From Bugula neritina (taxonomy: Eukaryota > Animalia > Bryozoa): 64,000 bases of DNA. The notes under the pieces were generated by a model. It did no database searches, was not told where the DNA came from, and saw only the letters and a list, made by a program, of their open reading frames with translations. A program made the position numbers and the translations under genes. The stretch lies in assembly GCA_964035545.1 (NCBI GenBank), contig OZ037766.1, positions 13,444,722-13,508,721 on the forward strand, read 5' to 3'. Numbering within the stretch: position 1 is the first letter of the stretch; each line of letters opens with the position of its first letter. Positions 1-14,149 of the stretch are shown here, in pieces.

Positions 1-209
1 TACAAAGGAAGTAAAGATTTACGAATAAAATTGGCGATTCTAACAGAATAAAACATTCGCAATAGTTTATTATCTCAAACTACTTGTATAATACAAAATA
101 TGATTTCCAATATCACAAAAAAAAACAAACTAAAAGACCACTTCTCATAGCTATAATTATCCACAAGTCACTTAGCCAACCGTCAACCAGAAGCGTATTA
201 GAAACTAAC

Positions 210-3200
210 CAGCTCTGAGCACGAGATTTCTACCAGCCATTGCGTTGAGCTGCATGAGACAGTGCTTCATATCGAGTAGGAGGTCGACTAACTTGCACAA
301 GTGTTTCATTGCGTAGTCTTGCTCACCCCCATGCTACATACAACAAGTTATAACACTTATACTCATTACAAAGTAAGGCTCAACTACCAAAGGCTAAAGT
401 TAAAACTTCAACATATATTTTTTCTCAAAATAATTAAAAAAATGCTGAAAATGAAAATTGCTGAGGAAAAATGTATGAAAATAACAAAATTTCAGCTGTT
501 GAAACACGATTCGCAGAAGTGATATCACAGAATAAATCTAATGAATATAACTGGAGAAGTTACCAGGGAAGAGACACAATAGGATGTGCTGCATACAGCT
601 GGGTACAGGTGAATGGCAATACGACAACGTACCTGGCCATAGGGGGCTGATGAGCCACTAATACCCGATACTAGAACATATGTCAGCCCATCATTGTACA
701 CCTTCTCAATAAGCTGGAAATCAGGTCTCCTCAACAACTAAAAATATATTATTAAACTCATTGAAAAACAGAAGAGAAAATGAGTTGAGTTGAATGTACC
801 AAGCACTTAAATGCTTTGATCACTGATGCTGAAATATGGATAAGCAAAGTAGAGCAATATAGCACTAATACCACTACTTATGTTGAAAAGGTATATAAAA
901 CATGTGCATGATGCTCTATCAGCATATACACATTATTCATAATATATATATTCTATAATACTAAGAATTCACATGTAAAAAAAGTTGAGTTAATGTTATA
1001 TTGCAATTGCCCGATGGCAAACATAATATTTACACATTTCCTGAGAGTTTGTGTGATTGGTCAAAACTCACGTGATCGAATGCTGAGGTCACATCATGCA
1101 GAACCTGCATCAACAGCAACGATTGATTTGATTGGTGCATTTCGGCAGCAAAACCGGCAAAATTAGGAATCGTTAGAAAAGCTACTCCCGCGAGATTATG
1201 GCTCCTACAGAAAGGTTTCTACCAAAACACCAATACAATGAGAGTTTTACACTCAAGGCATTGTCAAGGCAAAGACTCATATACTTCTACATATTAGAAG
1301 TAAATAAAACCAGAATAATCAACTATAAGTTAATAAACTTGTACATGTTGAATGTATCATTTTGAAAGATATTTATATTCGAAAGAAGCATTATGTGAAA
1401 TATAAATTTACATAAAACTTTCTTTTTTATTACTAGCGATATGTGTTATATATTACAGTGTATATTACTAATGTACCCAACAACTATATGAGTGTACATG
1501 CATAATATAATTATATTGTTACAGGTACCATACTAAAAACCATCATAATTAACTTGTACACTAAAATACGTATATACCCCCTATATAATATATGTGTTTA
1601 GCATATATAATACATTATTAGCATCACATATGTATATCTCTTGCATACTAAATTATTCCCTACTATAATGTGCGCAATGTGGATACACACAACATATGAC
1701 ATATATTAATAGTATACTCACCACAACACACTCTGCATTGCTATAGTGTCCAATGACATGTGAAGGTAGGGCGTTCTCCACCACCCCCAATCTAAGAGTT
1801 GTCATATCCTGAGCATTCTGATAGCAACTAGTCTTCTTGTGCTGCCATATGAAGTCTAGCTTTCTGACCCATTCACTGTGCCGGCCAATGAGAATGTGCA
1901 TTATAGCGAAGTGGACCAGTGCGACTATGGCCATAACAGTGGAGGGAGGCAGCCCTTCTCTAACAACACATCAATCGTTAATAACAGTTATACAGTTTAA
2001 AGTTATGAGAATTTCTTTAACTAACATCTGTATTCACAGGAAGTTATAATGCAAATCTTCACATACTTCTACTTTAGCAAAATTTACCAGCTATTTTTCT
2101 CAGAAAATTGGCAATCAGTTTATAACTAGAAAAGAGAAAAAATATACCTTGAAGGATATTTATTTTTATATTAAAGACTTTGACAATTAATATGAGCTAA
2201 CAAAAAGTAGTAAACAACACAAGTGGGTTGAAATAACAGCAAAGGATATATTTATCAGTATGGGAATTATGTGTACCTGTACTGAATATCATGAGTGTGA
2301 AAGAGCTGCTCATGTGTGTAGACCACTATGACTGTATATAAAGCACTGACTACAGTGAGGAGTATAGCCTGTACAATGTGTGAGATTCTAGTGACGGAGA
2401 TTACAAACAAGCCGAGTATTCCGCTGATAAACATGTAGTAGGGGGAGCTGCACGTGTTCTGGGAGTGCTGGGAGTTGGTAGGACTGAGAATGCCATACCG
2501 CATCACCATCGGCAACAAGTGGTAGAAGCTGCTCGACTGACAAGTCAACTACAGATACAAACAGATACAATGTAGTTATACCAGCAGCTCTGTAGTAGTT
2601 TCATTATTTCAGCTACTAGCCAATTTAAAAAATGCTTTGATTTCTCAAAACTAGTTGAAAGTTGTAACCTTTTCAGGACAAAAAAAACAAGATGTTTATT
2701 TAACTTAATAATAAATAAATAACTTTCAGTGTTGGAGCAAGCCAATTATTACAACACCGTGTCTTTAAAACACAATCTACAGTAACTATTGTTATTAAAA
2801 CTTGCTATTATATCGATATATAAATATATTGATATATAGATATATAAAAATATTGAGAATAAAACAAAACAACTATGCAGCGCCTATTAAAAATCTTGAA
2901 GAATGGAGAGAAAAATTGTGATTTCTAGCCAGGAGTTTTAGCTAAAACAATATTACAATTAAATAGACTCAGTGGTAAACTAACCAGATTGAGGAGACAA
3001 GTTGTAGCTATGAGAACAACAGAGAGGGTGATGAGTATTAATTGGGGATTGCTTCTACTGAGGCAGTGACACCTCACCACTTTCAGTTTACTCGCTATCA
3101 CAGATATGCTCACCAACGAGAGGAAAATAAACAGGAAGAGCATTGAGGATAGTAACAACATCGTCCTGAAAACACAACAGAATATCACAGCTTTTGGCGT

Positions 3201-6200
3201 CCAGATTAGTAGACTGTAACTGACTTGCAAACATGTATATAGTGTAAATATGTACCTTGGTAGAAGAGCAAAGTGAAGAACGGATATAGCTACCAGCAAT
3301 AACAGCATAAACACCAGTGTCAACCCAAATCCTTCCGACTCCTTAGCAAACTACAAATAATACGCTGACATGGGAGACAATTTACTAATAAATATACAAA
3401 TGGGGAAACAATTTACTAAGAAAATTGGGGAGACAATTTACTAATAAAAATGGGGAAAAAATTTACTAATACAAATGGGGAAAAAATTTACTAATGCAAA
3501 TGGGGAGACAATTTACTAATACAAATTGAGAGACAATTTACTAATAAATAGAAAGACAAGGCATCTTGTAAACAATATCAACAGACTGTATACTCCACAA
3601 AGAAAATGCTGTTAGTAAGTTCACAGCGTGTACATAACATGATAAGGGCTGCGTGATACTCACTGATGACTGAATAGAAGCGTCTTGAAAAGCAAGAGTG
3701 AAAAAGTTCAGCTGCTCACTGGTTTCCTGTTCGACTGACCCAACTTGTACAGCTTGCTGGAAAGATTTACCCGTGACGTGAGTATTGCCTGTGTCATGGG
3801 CCAGTCTGTGGACAAACGCCTTGCCCTCCAGTAAGCATGTCTGCACAATATATTTAGTGTATAAGGCTATTGTAAATAGGTTAGGGCATGGAGGAGCACT
3901 TAACAGTGTGTTTTAAAAAGTATATTTACAATTTTTCAATTAAGAAATCTTACAAAATTCAAAAGCATAATCAGATATAATGTCTATCCTTGCATTAGTG
4001 TTTTTGCAAAATTGTTAGAATTTCACAATGCTGATTAGTGGCTATTTTAAGATCACAATTTCGAAAAACTTACAAGAAAATCCATTATATACATATTAGT
4101 ACACATGTTGTGATTAGCATTACCGTCATAGCTGGCTTGCTTTCATTTGACTGGCAAAGTTGAGTGAAGAAAGGTCCATCTTCGTCCATAGAGTCCAGCC
4201 TCATTAGATTAGCAACACTTTCTATTTGATTGAGCCGTCTACCCAGTTTCACGACAGCTGGAGAAATCTGCAAGAAGCAGCCAACTCTTAGTATCACATA
4301 TAATCGTATTTCAAGTGAAAACCGAGAGTTTATGTGAGTTTCAATATAACAATATCTTATTCATCCTAATGTCAGGTCTCTGGCACGGCTACAGAGTTGA
4401 TGGCTTTTATGGCAGGTGATTTACTAGAAGTTCACACACAGAAGAGGAATAAATAGAGACATGATTGTACAATCTATTCTTAGCTAATGAAGTATGCAAC
4501 CTGAAAATAACTTTTTAGTATTTGTTCATTCTATTTGCCAATTCTATGTAATGCATACAGTTAAAATAATTTATAAATCAAGATGAACAAAGAAATCTTA
4601 CCTTTCTGTTTGGGCTTATGGGTTGGATATAATACATAGAAGTTGCTAGCCCATGGTTGAAGTTACCTTGTCTAATATCATATGTATTAATAGGAAGGCA
4701 AGATATACAGGGCTCAGTAGCGCACACTTTCCTACATTATACACATTATATTATACATGAGGATGCAACTTCATGACACTACGCAGCTCTAGCAAGCAAC
4801 ATGAAATGAAGGCATTTCTAATAGCAAGGTCCTTTTTCAATTAGCCAGTTTAATTATAGTCCTAGACAGTTAGCTTATACACTGGATGCTGTCAAGGAAT
4901 CACACAGATACACATTGTATTCATAGTAATACTGCAGTTGTAGCTAGACTTGTTTAAGTTGCCAAAATAGCAATTTGTAGATGACCATCAGTTATAGACA
5001 GGCACAATAGTTGAGCAGTAAATTTAATCATGGTTTGTGTGGAGAAGAATGGAGTCAGATGATATTACTAATTAAGTATTAAATAGCTCTACACTTTGGA
5101 TAATACAGACTGATTAACAATGTGTATTCAACAGCTACTAGTAACAATTAGTGAGATTAAGAGAAAGATGCTGTGTGAATGAATCAGAATCACCCTTTCA
5201 CCTTTCAAGATATACTGATTAGACTGATGCCTGCTGTGTTTAACCAGTAGAACATTACAGTAGTGTGCCTGTATGAGCATAAAGAAAGCTCTTAGTAGTG
5301 ATAAAGGCTGCTAGAGACAGGGTATGTCTGAATATATCTATGAATGACAATGGCGTTGTATAAAAACAGTAGACATAGAACATTGCAAACATCATAAGCA
5401 GCAGACGTACCCGGGTAGACCTTGACACGCCAGATCTCGTGCCACCAACATATCACTGCTACAGCATTTATACTGCCAGCGGTAGGTGCCGATAACTCCC
5501 GTCCCAACAGCCCCAATGTGAACTGCAGCTTGGGCTTCTATTGCTGAGCATTTAGTTTGCTGTACTTGTCTGAAACAGAAGGAGCCTGCTAAACCAAGAT
5601 CTAGGCTCAACAACTACCAGTTTTCATGGAGAATGCTTTTAAGCTTTACTATTGCATCATACCAAAGGTTCTGTTATCCTTCTATAATTCAGTTTAGCAA
5701 GTTGCTACATGAAAACCAAATTGAGCTCCAACCCACTCAATAGGTAAGCTAAATCATTCTGGATATGAAATAAAGAGTAAACCTTAGAAAAAGCTACATG
5801 AAATATCTCTAGACCAAATTCATTAGTTGAATGCCTATATAACGTAGGCACCGCAAGTTCCTATTAACCAGAAATATGGAAATCCAAGAAAAAAATAGTA
5901 AACAGCAGTGAAGGCCAGCATTGGAGTTAATTATTGGCAGAGGGATTAGAGCAGTGTAATTAGCACAACTTTATTAAGTTCTTAACTAGACACTGCCACA
6001 ATTTAATTAAAAATTTTCTTGCATTTCCACCTTTCTTTAGAAAGCTGATTTCAGTTAATCAATCTTGTTGATAGTTCCTATCCATACAATTGAACTTCTA
6101 AAATACTACCATAGAATAATTGGATAATGGTTAATAAATATCAGGGATGACCCAGTAGCTGTAGTAATAACTTGAGACTTTACTACAATCTTTCATTTAT

Positions 6201-9200
6201 TTTATTCTATTGATTAACAGGTACGTTTTTTGTTACATTTTGCATTTGCAATCATGTATAATTTGATCACGGAGACCACAATTGTCTTAAAAATGAGGAA
6301 TGGGCCATCAGTGGAAGGGGAAGGGAAACATTAATTTTCTTAAGTACCAAACTAGTAACAACTCAACATGATAGTAGAAGTTCAAGTGTGACAGTTGAAC
6401 AATTGGGTTGGTACAATTAACATTTTTTTGTAGTTGAAGTCCCATGTATAACAAAGTTCAAAGATTGAATAAGACGCACACTTCAACAACTTACCACGGC
6501 TATTAATACAGCTTGATGCTACACAGCAGCATGAATACAACCATCTTACTTAAACTGTACTGGGGGAATACACTAAACACATAACACTCAGTAGTCAGAC
6601 ATTAAATCCATACAAAATAAACCCTTCCGTAGCAAGAAATTATGATAGTATTATCTTGTTAGTGGGAATAATCAATGATTGAGTTACTCCGTGATGACTA
6701 ACACCAAAGAGCTTCGGCTGCCCTAATTATCATTGATTAGTAAGTGCTAGGCCACTGAGGTGCTATTACACAATGGAGCAATGTGAATCAACTAACCTTA
6801 TGTCTGGCTATGAACTAAAGAAAAACACTGCCACAAAGATGATAGACTTACTGCACAGCTTGTATCATATCCAGACAAACAGAGACACAAGACTGTGGTC
6901 CTAGAGTACTAGTGAGGGGTACGCCACATACTGCCACATAAACATCACCGAGTAAGAGCACAGCTAGACAATTGTAAGTCTGTAAAAAGAACAAGTAACA
7001 CAACAATCATAGACTCCTCTATCAGGGTTACACTAGAAGTTATAATAACCAGCAAGCACCAGAAAATGTAAACAACATTCTACAATGCAGTCTCCAAAAT
7101 TTGCACAAAAACCCCCAACAAAGTTACTTTTTAGGTATGAATTTTACATTTTCCTTGAAAGATGGAAGATAGGTGTAGAAACAGTAAAATTACATTATAA
7201 GAAGAAACTATACACACCAAACAATACATTTCACACTACACAGTGAGTTAGCAATCTAAATTAGTTGGACTACAAAAGGATAATGAATTATTTTAGCATC
7301 TTGAAGACTAAATCCTTATAAAAAGTGAAGAATACAAATTGTACTGGTGCCGACACAAAGTTGTCAATCAAAAAATCCCTAAACTGAGTTGTATATATTG
7401 TAGCGTGCAAGAAGTTGAAATGTGGCCACAACTACACAAATTGTCTCTCTTCAAAGTTAAAATTTTAGTACTATCACACACCACCTGCTTCAAGACTACA
7501 CCAGGAAGACACCCTAAAGGGCCAACTTTCACAACTGGTAGTAACACTGTACCCATCATCTGTATCTACTTGAAGAGTAATGGCACAAGCATTCTCACCT
7601 CACAAATTGCCTCAAAAGTAACAGTGAGATGGTTCAGCAAGTTTATGAATTCCACATCACCAACTTGAGACTTGAGTTTCTCCAGACCAGTCATGTTCAC
7701 ACAGGCTATACTAAAATATAAATATGGTTAAATTAAAATCAGATTTATATATGGTAATATACAGGGCATTTTCACTGCACCATTAGATCACTGTCATGAA
7801 CAGTACAATTATTTGAAGTTATGAGCTACAATGCAGTTAAATACATGTATTATTAGGGCGCTTGCTTGGTAAGCACTGAGTCATGGGTTCGAGCCCCAGT
7901 AAAGGCCATTGGTGATACTAGGAAGAGCATTCAGTCATCATTGCCTCTGTGCCACATAGGAATAAGTCCTTAGCTTCCTTTTAAAAAATCTCTTCCATCA
8001 GGGGTTTTCTCACAGGGATAGTGACTATAAACTTGCACGAGTTTTTAAATACATATATTATTAAATCCGAACAAACTATGGTATAGAAGCAGATGATAAA
8101 TTTGAATACATGAACTAATACCTGACAGAGTCATAGTACTTGGAGAAGATTTGTCTGGGACATACAATGTTGTTATACATGGTGAGATCAGAGCACACCT
8201 CGTTACACATGAACTTTGGAAGACACATTTCTGTAGTTTTCACCTGCATCAAATCAGTGGATAACAACAATTCCTTATTAAATTAGAACTCAGGAGTAGT
8301 GTATACTATCAATTATGCTTTCAAACACAAGTTGAATTTGTTTATAAAGACAGGTTTCTGTTGGTCTCCAAAGAATTACCCTAATAGCTGTGGAGCAATC
8401 CAAAATGCTAATTAGTGATAGACATTTACATTAGCAGTAAATTGACTTCTTCCTAACAATTGAGATATAACAGTCAACTCTATTCATTAGAATCTAATAA
8501 TATGAGGAGAAAGAAGTCATCAGAGCTTACCAATTTCATTCCTTGTTCTTGTGCCTCTAACCTAGCAGCAAAGAATGCATGACAATTGATAAATGACTGG
8601 CGCTGCCTCTTTTCACTGACATGGTGGGCTAATATACCGACAGCATTGGTGATCAGAAGTAACACTGCATTAACCATAACCTAAAATTCAAGAGTTTTTG
8701 ACAACTACTGATGACAGAGCACTGAAACATTCAGTAGTGTGCTTAACTGAGCCAGGGCTGTTGACTTTCTTTGATATAAACACACGTTAATATAGCTACA
8801 GCAGAATGTCACTCAACTTTGAGAACAGCTGTTCAACCAACTGGTACCATTATAAAATTCTAACCAGAGACTGTACAACCTGCAGATTTGTAACAGTTCT
8901 GCAATACTAAGAAAATTCAAAGTATCGAAAACATTGTAATGATTATAATAACTTATATCAGCTGTACTCAAAATTTACACCTTAAAGAGATGAATTAAAT
9001 TCTATAAGACTGCAATTAGAACAGTTAAATATTTTGAGCTGTCGGGTAATTCGAAATGTGAATGAAAAAGAGCATCAACATTTTATTAATACATACAAAT
9101 GTTTGAATACTAAACAATTCATATGTACTTAGCATTTCTACTTAGTAATTGCTACGGAGAGGTAGTATGTACAAGCCATCTATTGTAAATCATAGGAGAT

Positions 9201-11994
9201 GATTCAGTGCACAGTTAAAGTCATCATGTTTCATCCCAAACCTAATCACTGCTGACTGAGTAAAACTGCAGCTGGGAAAACAAAGACAGCACTAAGAATC
9301 TTGACAGCTGGCTGATTAATAGCCCATCAATCCTATATACAGCATTATACAGACCCAAAGAATAATATTTTCTTTTTCAAGCTAGGAAACCTCAATCATT
9401 GCACAAAAACTATGCATCCGCAATATTACTATTGAATAGTGGAAAAATAAGTAATAAATTACTACTCCGTGCAATTTTCTCGAAAATAAAATTTTAGTGT
9501 CAAAGTGCAGTTAGGCTGCTTTAATGAGAAAATAAAGGCTATAGAGAGCAGCAGTCTGGTAGATAAGAGTATTTGCAGATGGTATGAAAGGCTAAGACAC
9601 CATTTCCATAATGGCCATAGCAAGAGGGTATGTAATCACAGTTGATCATGAATAGTTTAACAACCTTAAAACCACTCAGCACACTTGACTTAGGGTGCTA
9701 GAAAAAGGTACATAATTGTTCACCATAAAACTTTATACTATAATTTACAAGAGTGTCTGAAAATCTTTAAATCAGATGTAAGTAAAAAACCTGAGCAAAT
9801 TATAAAACTTAATTTGAACTGTTGCAGCACAAGGCATCATCACTAAAGACTAGAATGAGTTTCTTGTTTTTATTTAGAGCTAGTGCAGCAATGACAGTTT
9901 AATAAACAGCAATGATTATTTCACCTAAGCACAGGCTAGATGAATAGCAGTACCCAGCTAGAGCACGCAATACTTCTGCAGCAGTATAGAGTACTGACTA
10001 CCCCTAGAACACTCTTTAGTATTTCTACAAACTAAATCAGCCGACTAGTTCAACCAAGTCATCTCATGTCATATATCTACTACAGAGTTATCAGGTTACA
10101 CAGTTTCTCACCTCAGTTACAGTACAGCCTTAGTCATAATTGTCAGCAGTGATAACAAGCACTCTTGGGACTTCCATAAGCAAACATTAAATTGAGATGA
10201 GAACAAAAGCATAAGACCTGAATAAAATGTCAACACAGCCTAGCCTGGCAGATTTATAATTGGGCAGATAATAAAAATTCATGCTGATTTTATGGTGTTA
10301 TCACCTTCACATAATAAAGATGATTAGAATATTTGTAATAGTGTGCTTATTATTATGCCTCTGTAAACACAGAAACTATAGAAATTGTGCAAATGACTGG
10401 AAGGAAACCACTAACCTTTGATTCATTAGGCCTTATAGGTTAGGTCTTACAGGTAATGCAAAATTAAGGCAATTAACAAAGAATCCAAGCAATTTAGATA
10501 ATTAATAGACTTTAAGCATCTAAAAACAACATAAGAAACTAAACAACTTGGATGTAAGCGAAGTAGCAAGTTGAATTAGCAGGCCTAGAAAAGTTACAAA
10601 TGCCAAGTAATAGACACTATCTATTTGTCTTTGTTCTGTGGGATAATTGCATCTGTGTGGTTAGATTCGACATGCTGCATAAAATATGGTGCAGAATACT
10701 GCAACTACACATGTGTAGACCAGCAGCTGTGCTACAGAGAAATTGATAGCATACTACAGCACAATCAGAACATTGTTCTCATTGATGTTTAAATATAAAA
10801 AATAAACACTGTTTAATGCACTGCACACGAATTTGGAGTAGAGCAAGTGTTAGTTCAACTTCAATATTGCAGTCCTGACACCAATGCTGGGTGGAGTAGC
10901 TGTGTATTGAACAGATGCAATTGGTATAAAACAGTGCTTTAAAATGTGCCCAAACCGGCTATATTATTGCATTAATCATTCATGTGAAATATGACACATC
11001 AAATTTGTTATTCTTCTTGCACTGTACTTTTAATAGGCATAAATAGCCTACACAGGAGTTGCCAATTAAAAATATTGAACTTGATTGTTGTATTAAAAGG
11101 ATTTTCAATAGGAGCAAATTATAATTAATTAGCAGAGTACAGTATTTTAGAAAATTGGTAAACATTTTGTTACCATTTACTCCAGCCTTACAACTAAATA
11201 CAACCAGTCACTAAAGTGTATTAGATTAAATGACTGTTTTGGTGGCCATCATTTGCTACTTGATGTATGTCATACCATTCGAGCCAAATTATACCAATCA
11301 TTTAAGCATTCATATTGACTTTCAGTCTCTACAATACTCTGTAACTGTCATCATTCTCACGCTGTGCTAATGTAAACAAACTCACCTGAGGCCAGTTCTG
11401 TACCATCAGTGTGACATGCTGTAACCGTATGAGAATGATGGCTATGTGCACCAGTGACACCAGGCATCCCAGAACCAATGTTACAAAGAAGTTGACAGGT
11501 AGAAGTAGGTACATACAGTATATTACAAACATGAGCTGCCACACACCTTCTACCACATAAATGTTCTCTACTACCGATGTCTGATTGGTAATCCATGGAC
11601 CCAATGGCAATGATATGAATGCCAGGAGAAACAGTAACACCCAGAATACGTATGATACAATCTTGAGAAGTCTGACCGTTGCAAGGTATTTAGTATTGCA
11701 GAATATGTAGAGGCTTATTGCCAGCACACAGAGGCACATGTGATATATATTCTTGACAGTGGGAGTTCGTTGATAGGCAAAGTAGAGAATGGCCAAGACT
11801 GCAGTCAGTAATATATAGATTCCTAGCAAGGCTGAAACAGTAGCTCGCCGTATATGAAAACTGTATCTCAGAAATAAGCATTCTGTCGGCTTGTGTTTGA
11901 ATATATAAGGTATTCTGCATGAGTTGCAGCATGGACTAGGAGTTCGTTCACTTTTTCTTTGATGGCTGCCATAAATTGGTTGAAACACTTTCAT
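210..11994 (-). CDS. Transmembrane adenylyl-cyclase-like protein (class III, TM6-C1-TM6-C2 architecture), highly divergent, 3'-partial (last C2 exon(s) lie beyond position 1)
   Basis: Predicted exons (minus, all GT-AG, phases compatible): 11994-11386, 8680-8531, 8243-8122, 7710-7599, 6979-6852, 5569-5411, 4731-4602, 4267-4124, 3840-3664, 3350-3256, 3165-2985, 2548-2277, 1959-1722, 1218-1072, 737-633, 333-210 (about 964 codons). Motifs that align with tmACs: RQRQSF..RLEAQEQ after the first TM block; LLLGDVYVAVCGVP; VHIG..GVIGTYRWQY; SEQLNFFTLAF; HSEWVRKLDFIWQ; ENALPSHVIGHY; GVAFLTIPNF; FQLIEKV..GLTYVLVSG; LVLRAG. The start is probably the ATG at 11994 after an acceptor at 12011; an in-frame ATG also exists at 12048. 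Confidence 0.85.
3370..3560. repeat. Intronic minisatellite, about 25-bp unit (TGGGGARAMAATTTACTAATAMAAA) x about 7
   Basis: Visible tandem copies of aatttactaa alternating with tgggga..., lying between AC-like exons 3664 and 3350. Confidence 0.85.
7856..8044 (+). mobile_element. tRNA-derived SINE copy (probably 5'-truncated) with target-site duplication
   Basis: B-box/T-loop-like GGGTTCGAGCCCC at about 7885-7897. Flanked by a 19-bp direct repeat with one mismatch: ttaaatacatgtattatta (7837-7855) and ttaaatacatatattatta (8045-8063). Confidence 0.7.
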
Positions 11995-12559
11995 TTTAAT
12001 CGACCACCAGTCTACAGAAAAAAATGCATTTTTCTTCCTTCCTGACATATTATATGTAGATATGCGATAGACAAAAGTTACAGTACATTTAAGCTTATAA
12101 AATATAGAGGTTATATGGCTTATGTTTATAGAGCTTTATATGATATGTTGTGCCTCTAAAATACCTATTCAATAATCACACTTGACATTTAATGATTTAA
12201 TCACACAGTGCCACTGCCTTCATTTTTTGACCTAACTAAATTCAATAGTGGTGGTTGAAATTTATACAGTTGACTTTGTTCTTCAAGTAAATGTCCAAAA
12301 CAATTTTAAAATAACAAAAACAATCACATTAATGTTGAAGTACTTTTACTAAGAAATGCTAATCATCAAATTCTATTAAATTTATTGCCAATGCAGCTAG
12401 TAGTAGTGTTAAAATTAACCCTCAGATGTCAAGTAAGTTCTATTCATTAAGTTCAGCTTATTGCCATGTTTACTGACAGTTCATACAGCATTAAAGACTG
12501 AGAGGCCTAGCTTAAAATTTAATTTCAAGTTAATATTCCGATTTTTGTTACACAGTCAT

Positions 12560-13480
12560 ATTGATACTGTAAATGAGCGTCATATTGTTAATTATTATTA
12601 ACAATGGTAGTCTATTGATACTACCGCCAGTTTATTATTAGTAGAGTATCATACTCATTATGATTAAATTTAAATTAATATTATGCTACTGATTATCTTT
12701 ATAAATTATAAGCACTAGACTTGGTAATAGTTTCAATTAATCAGGGTTTACACTAGATTATCCCCAAACTCACTGAATCTGATGCTGCTACTTTAAGTTT
12801 ATTATAATTAAATTCTGGTCATGGTGACAATAATTCAATGTAATATAAATAATATTAATAATCATAATGATAACCAGTTATCACTAAATGAATAACTATA
12901 TTTATTACAGTTACACGATTCAGATTGTTATATACTTAGTCTTACAATAATATTTATAATGATTATTATTTTAAATTCATATATTAATATTATAATTAAT
13001 AAATCATAAATATAATTTTTAACTAAAACTAAAACTTATAATTTATAAGTATTATTAATATTATAGACATAACTTAAACTATAATTATTACATTTATTAT
13101 TAGTATAACTATACTTAGACTTATAATTATAGTATAAGTATAAGTCTAAGACATAATCATAATGATAATGTCAATGATATCCATATTGATATTGATAGCC
13201 ATTACATTTACTATTACTACTACTAGTATTACTATTGTCTATTAGTATTAGTACTAGTATTACTACAATAAATATAATATTATCATTATTATTTACATTG
13301 TGAATAATGATAGTGAGTCCATAGAGTATAGACTATAATACTCACTATAGTTAGACTTAGTCTTATAGTAATACTAATAGTAATACTAATAGTTATACTT
13401 ATACAGTTATAGTAATAATACTAATATTAATAATATAAATATTATTATTAACTTCAAGTATAAGATTAAGTATAAGTTAA
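12560..13480. repeat. Low-complexity AT-rich tract (TAG/TAA/ACT-rich degenerate tri/hexamers)
   Basis: Runs such as agtaatactaatagtaatactaatag and actagtattactattg; no long ORF. Confidence 0.6.
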
Positions 13481-13900
13481 ATGACATCTTGTACATTAGG
13501 CTTAGCCTTTAGTCTATGGCCACTGCAACTATTGATGCCAAAATGAAAATAAAGACTATTTTCAGTCTGCAGAAGGTTGCACTTGCAGAAAATAATCATT
13601 CTCGGTTTCGAAATAGAGTTTGAGCTTCTAAGTTAAATGAAAAAATAACAGCAGGTGTGTGCATTCATGTCTAAAGAAATATTAGCAAATCTTTTGCAAT
13701 TTCTTTTCTAAGAGAGAGCATTTAAACGAGCATAAGGTAAGGGCCCCCTATAAGCTGAGAAAATTGATTTTACGACCATAGGCATCAAATCTGAACTGAC
13801 CATTCAGCAACAGATAAAAGCTCTAGTGAGTCGTTATCTGTTTTCGGCGACAGTTGAATAACAAACTATTAGAGTGGTATCCAATTTCACACATTGTGAG
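13480..13900. promoter_or_regulatory. Putative bidirectional promoter of the AC-like (-) and IL17R-like (+) genes
   Basis: Island of normal complexity with several CpGs between the two low-complexity tracts. Both first coding exons are preceded by splice acceptors (12011 on -, about 16606 on +), so non-coding first exons must lie between them. Candidate donor gtgagc at about 13896. Confidence 0.4.
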
Positions 13901-14149
13901 CATTAGTGCTAATTTCCTGAATAAATATAGTAATATTTATATTATAAATTTATTAATGCTTATACTTAAAAGTTATTTCAACGTAATATTCCAGTTTAAA
14001 GCTGTAAAAATTACTCATAATTTAGTTTTTTTTCAATGTTATTATATTGTTTAATAAAAGCAGTGGAAGATTTTATTTTAAAACCAACAGCTTTCTTTTA
14101 CTTTTACAATTTCAATTTGAATTTGATTTACTTTTGGTTTTACTTTTCT

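Noticed and set aside
4330-4500. Strong minus-strand acceptor at 4501 suggesting an extra AC-like exon
   Set aside because: Stop codons in all three frames before a usable donor; exons 4731-4602 and 4267-4124 join in phase without it
7856-7900. Possible tRNA gene
   Set aside because: Only the T-arm/B-box is recognisable, with no full cloverleaf; the TSD indicates a SINE
8705-8740. CTGATGA...GAAAC resembling a second hammerhead
   Set aside because: Stem II does not pair correctly and the core is sequestered in an ACTACTGA/TCAGTAGT inverted repeat
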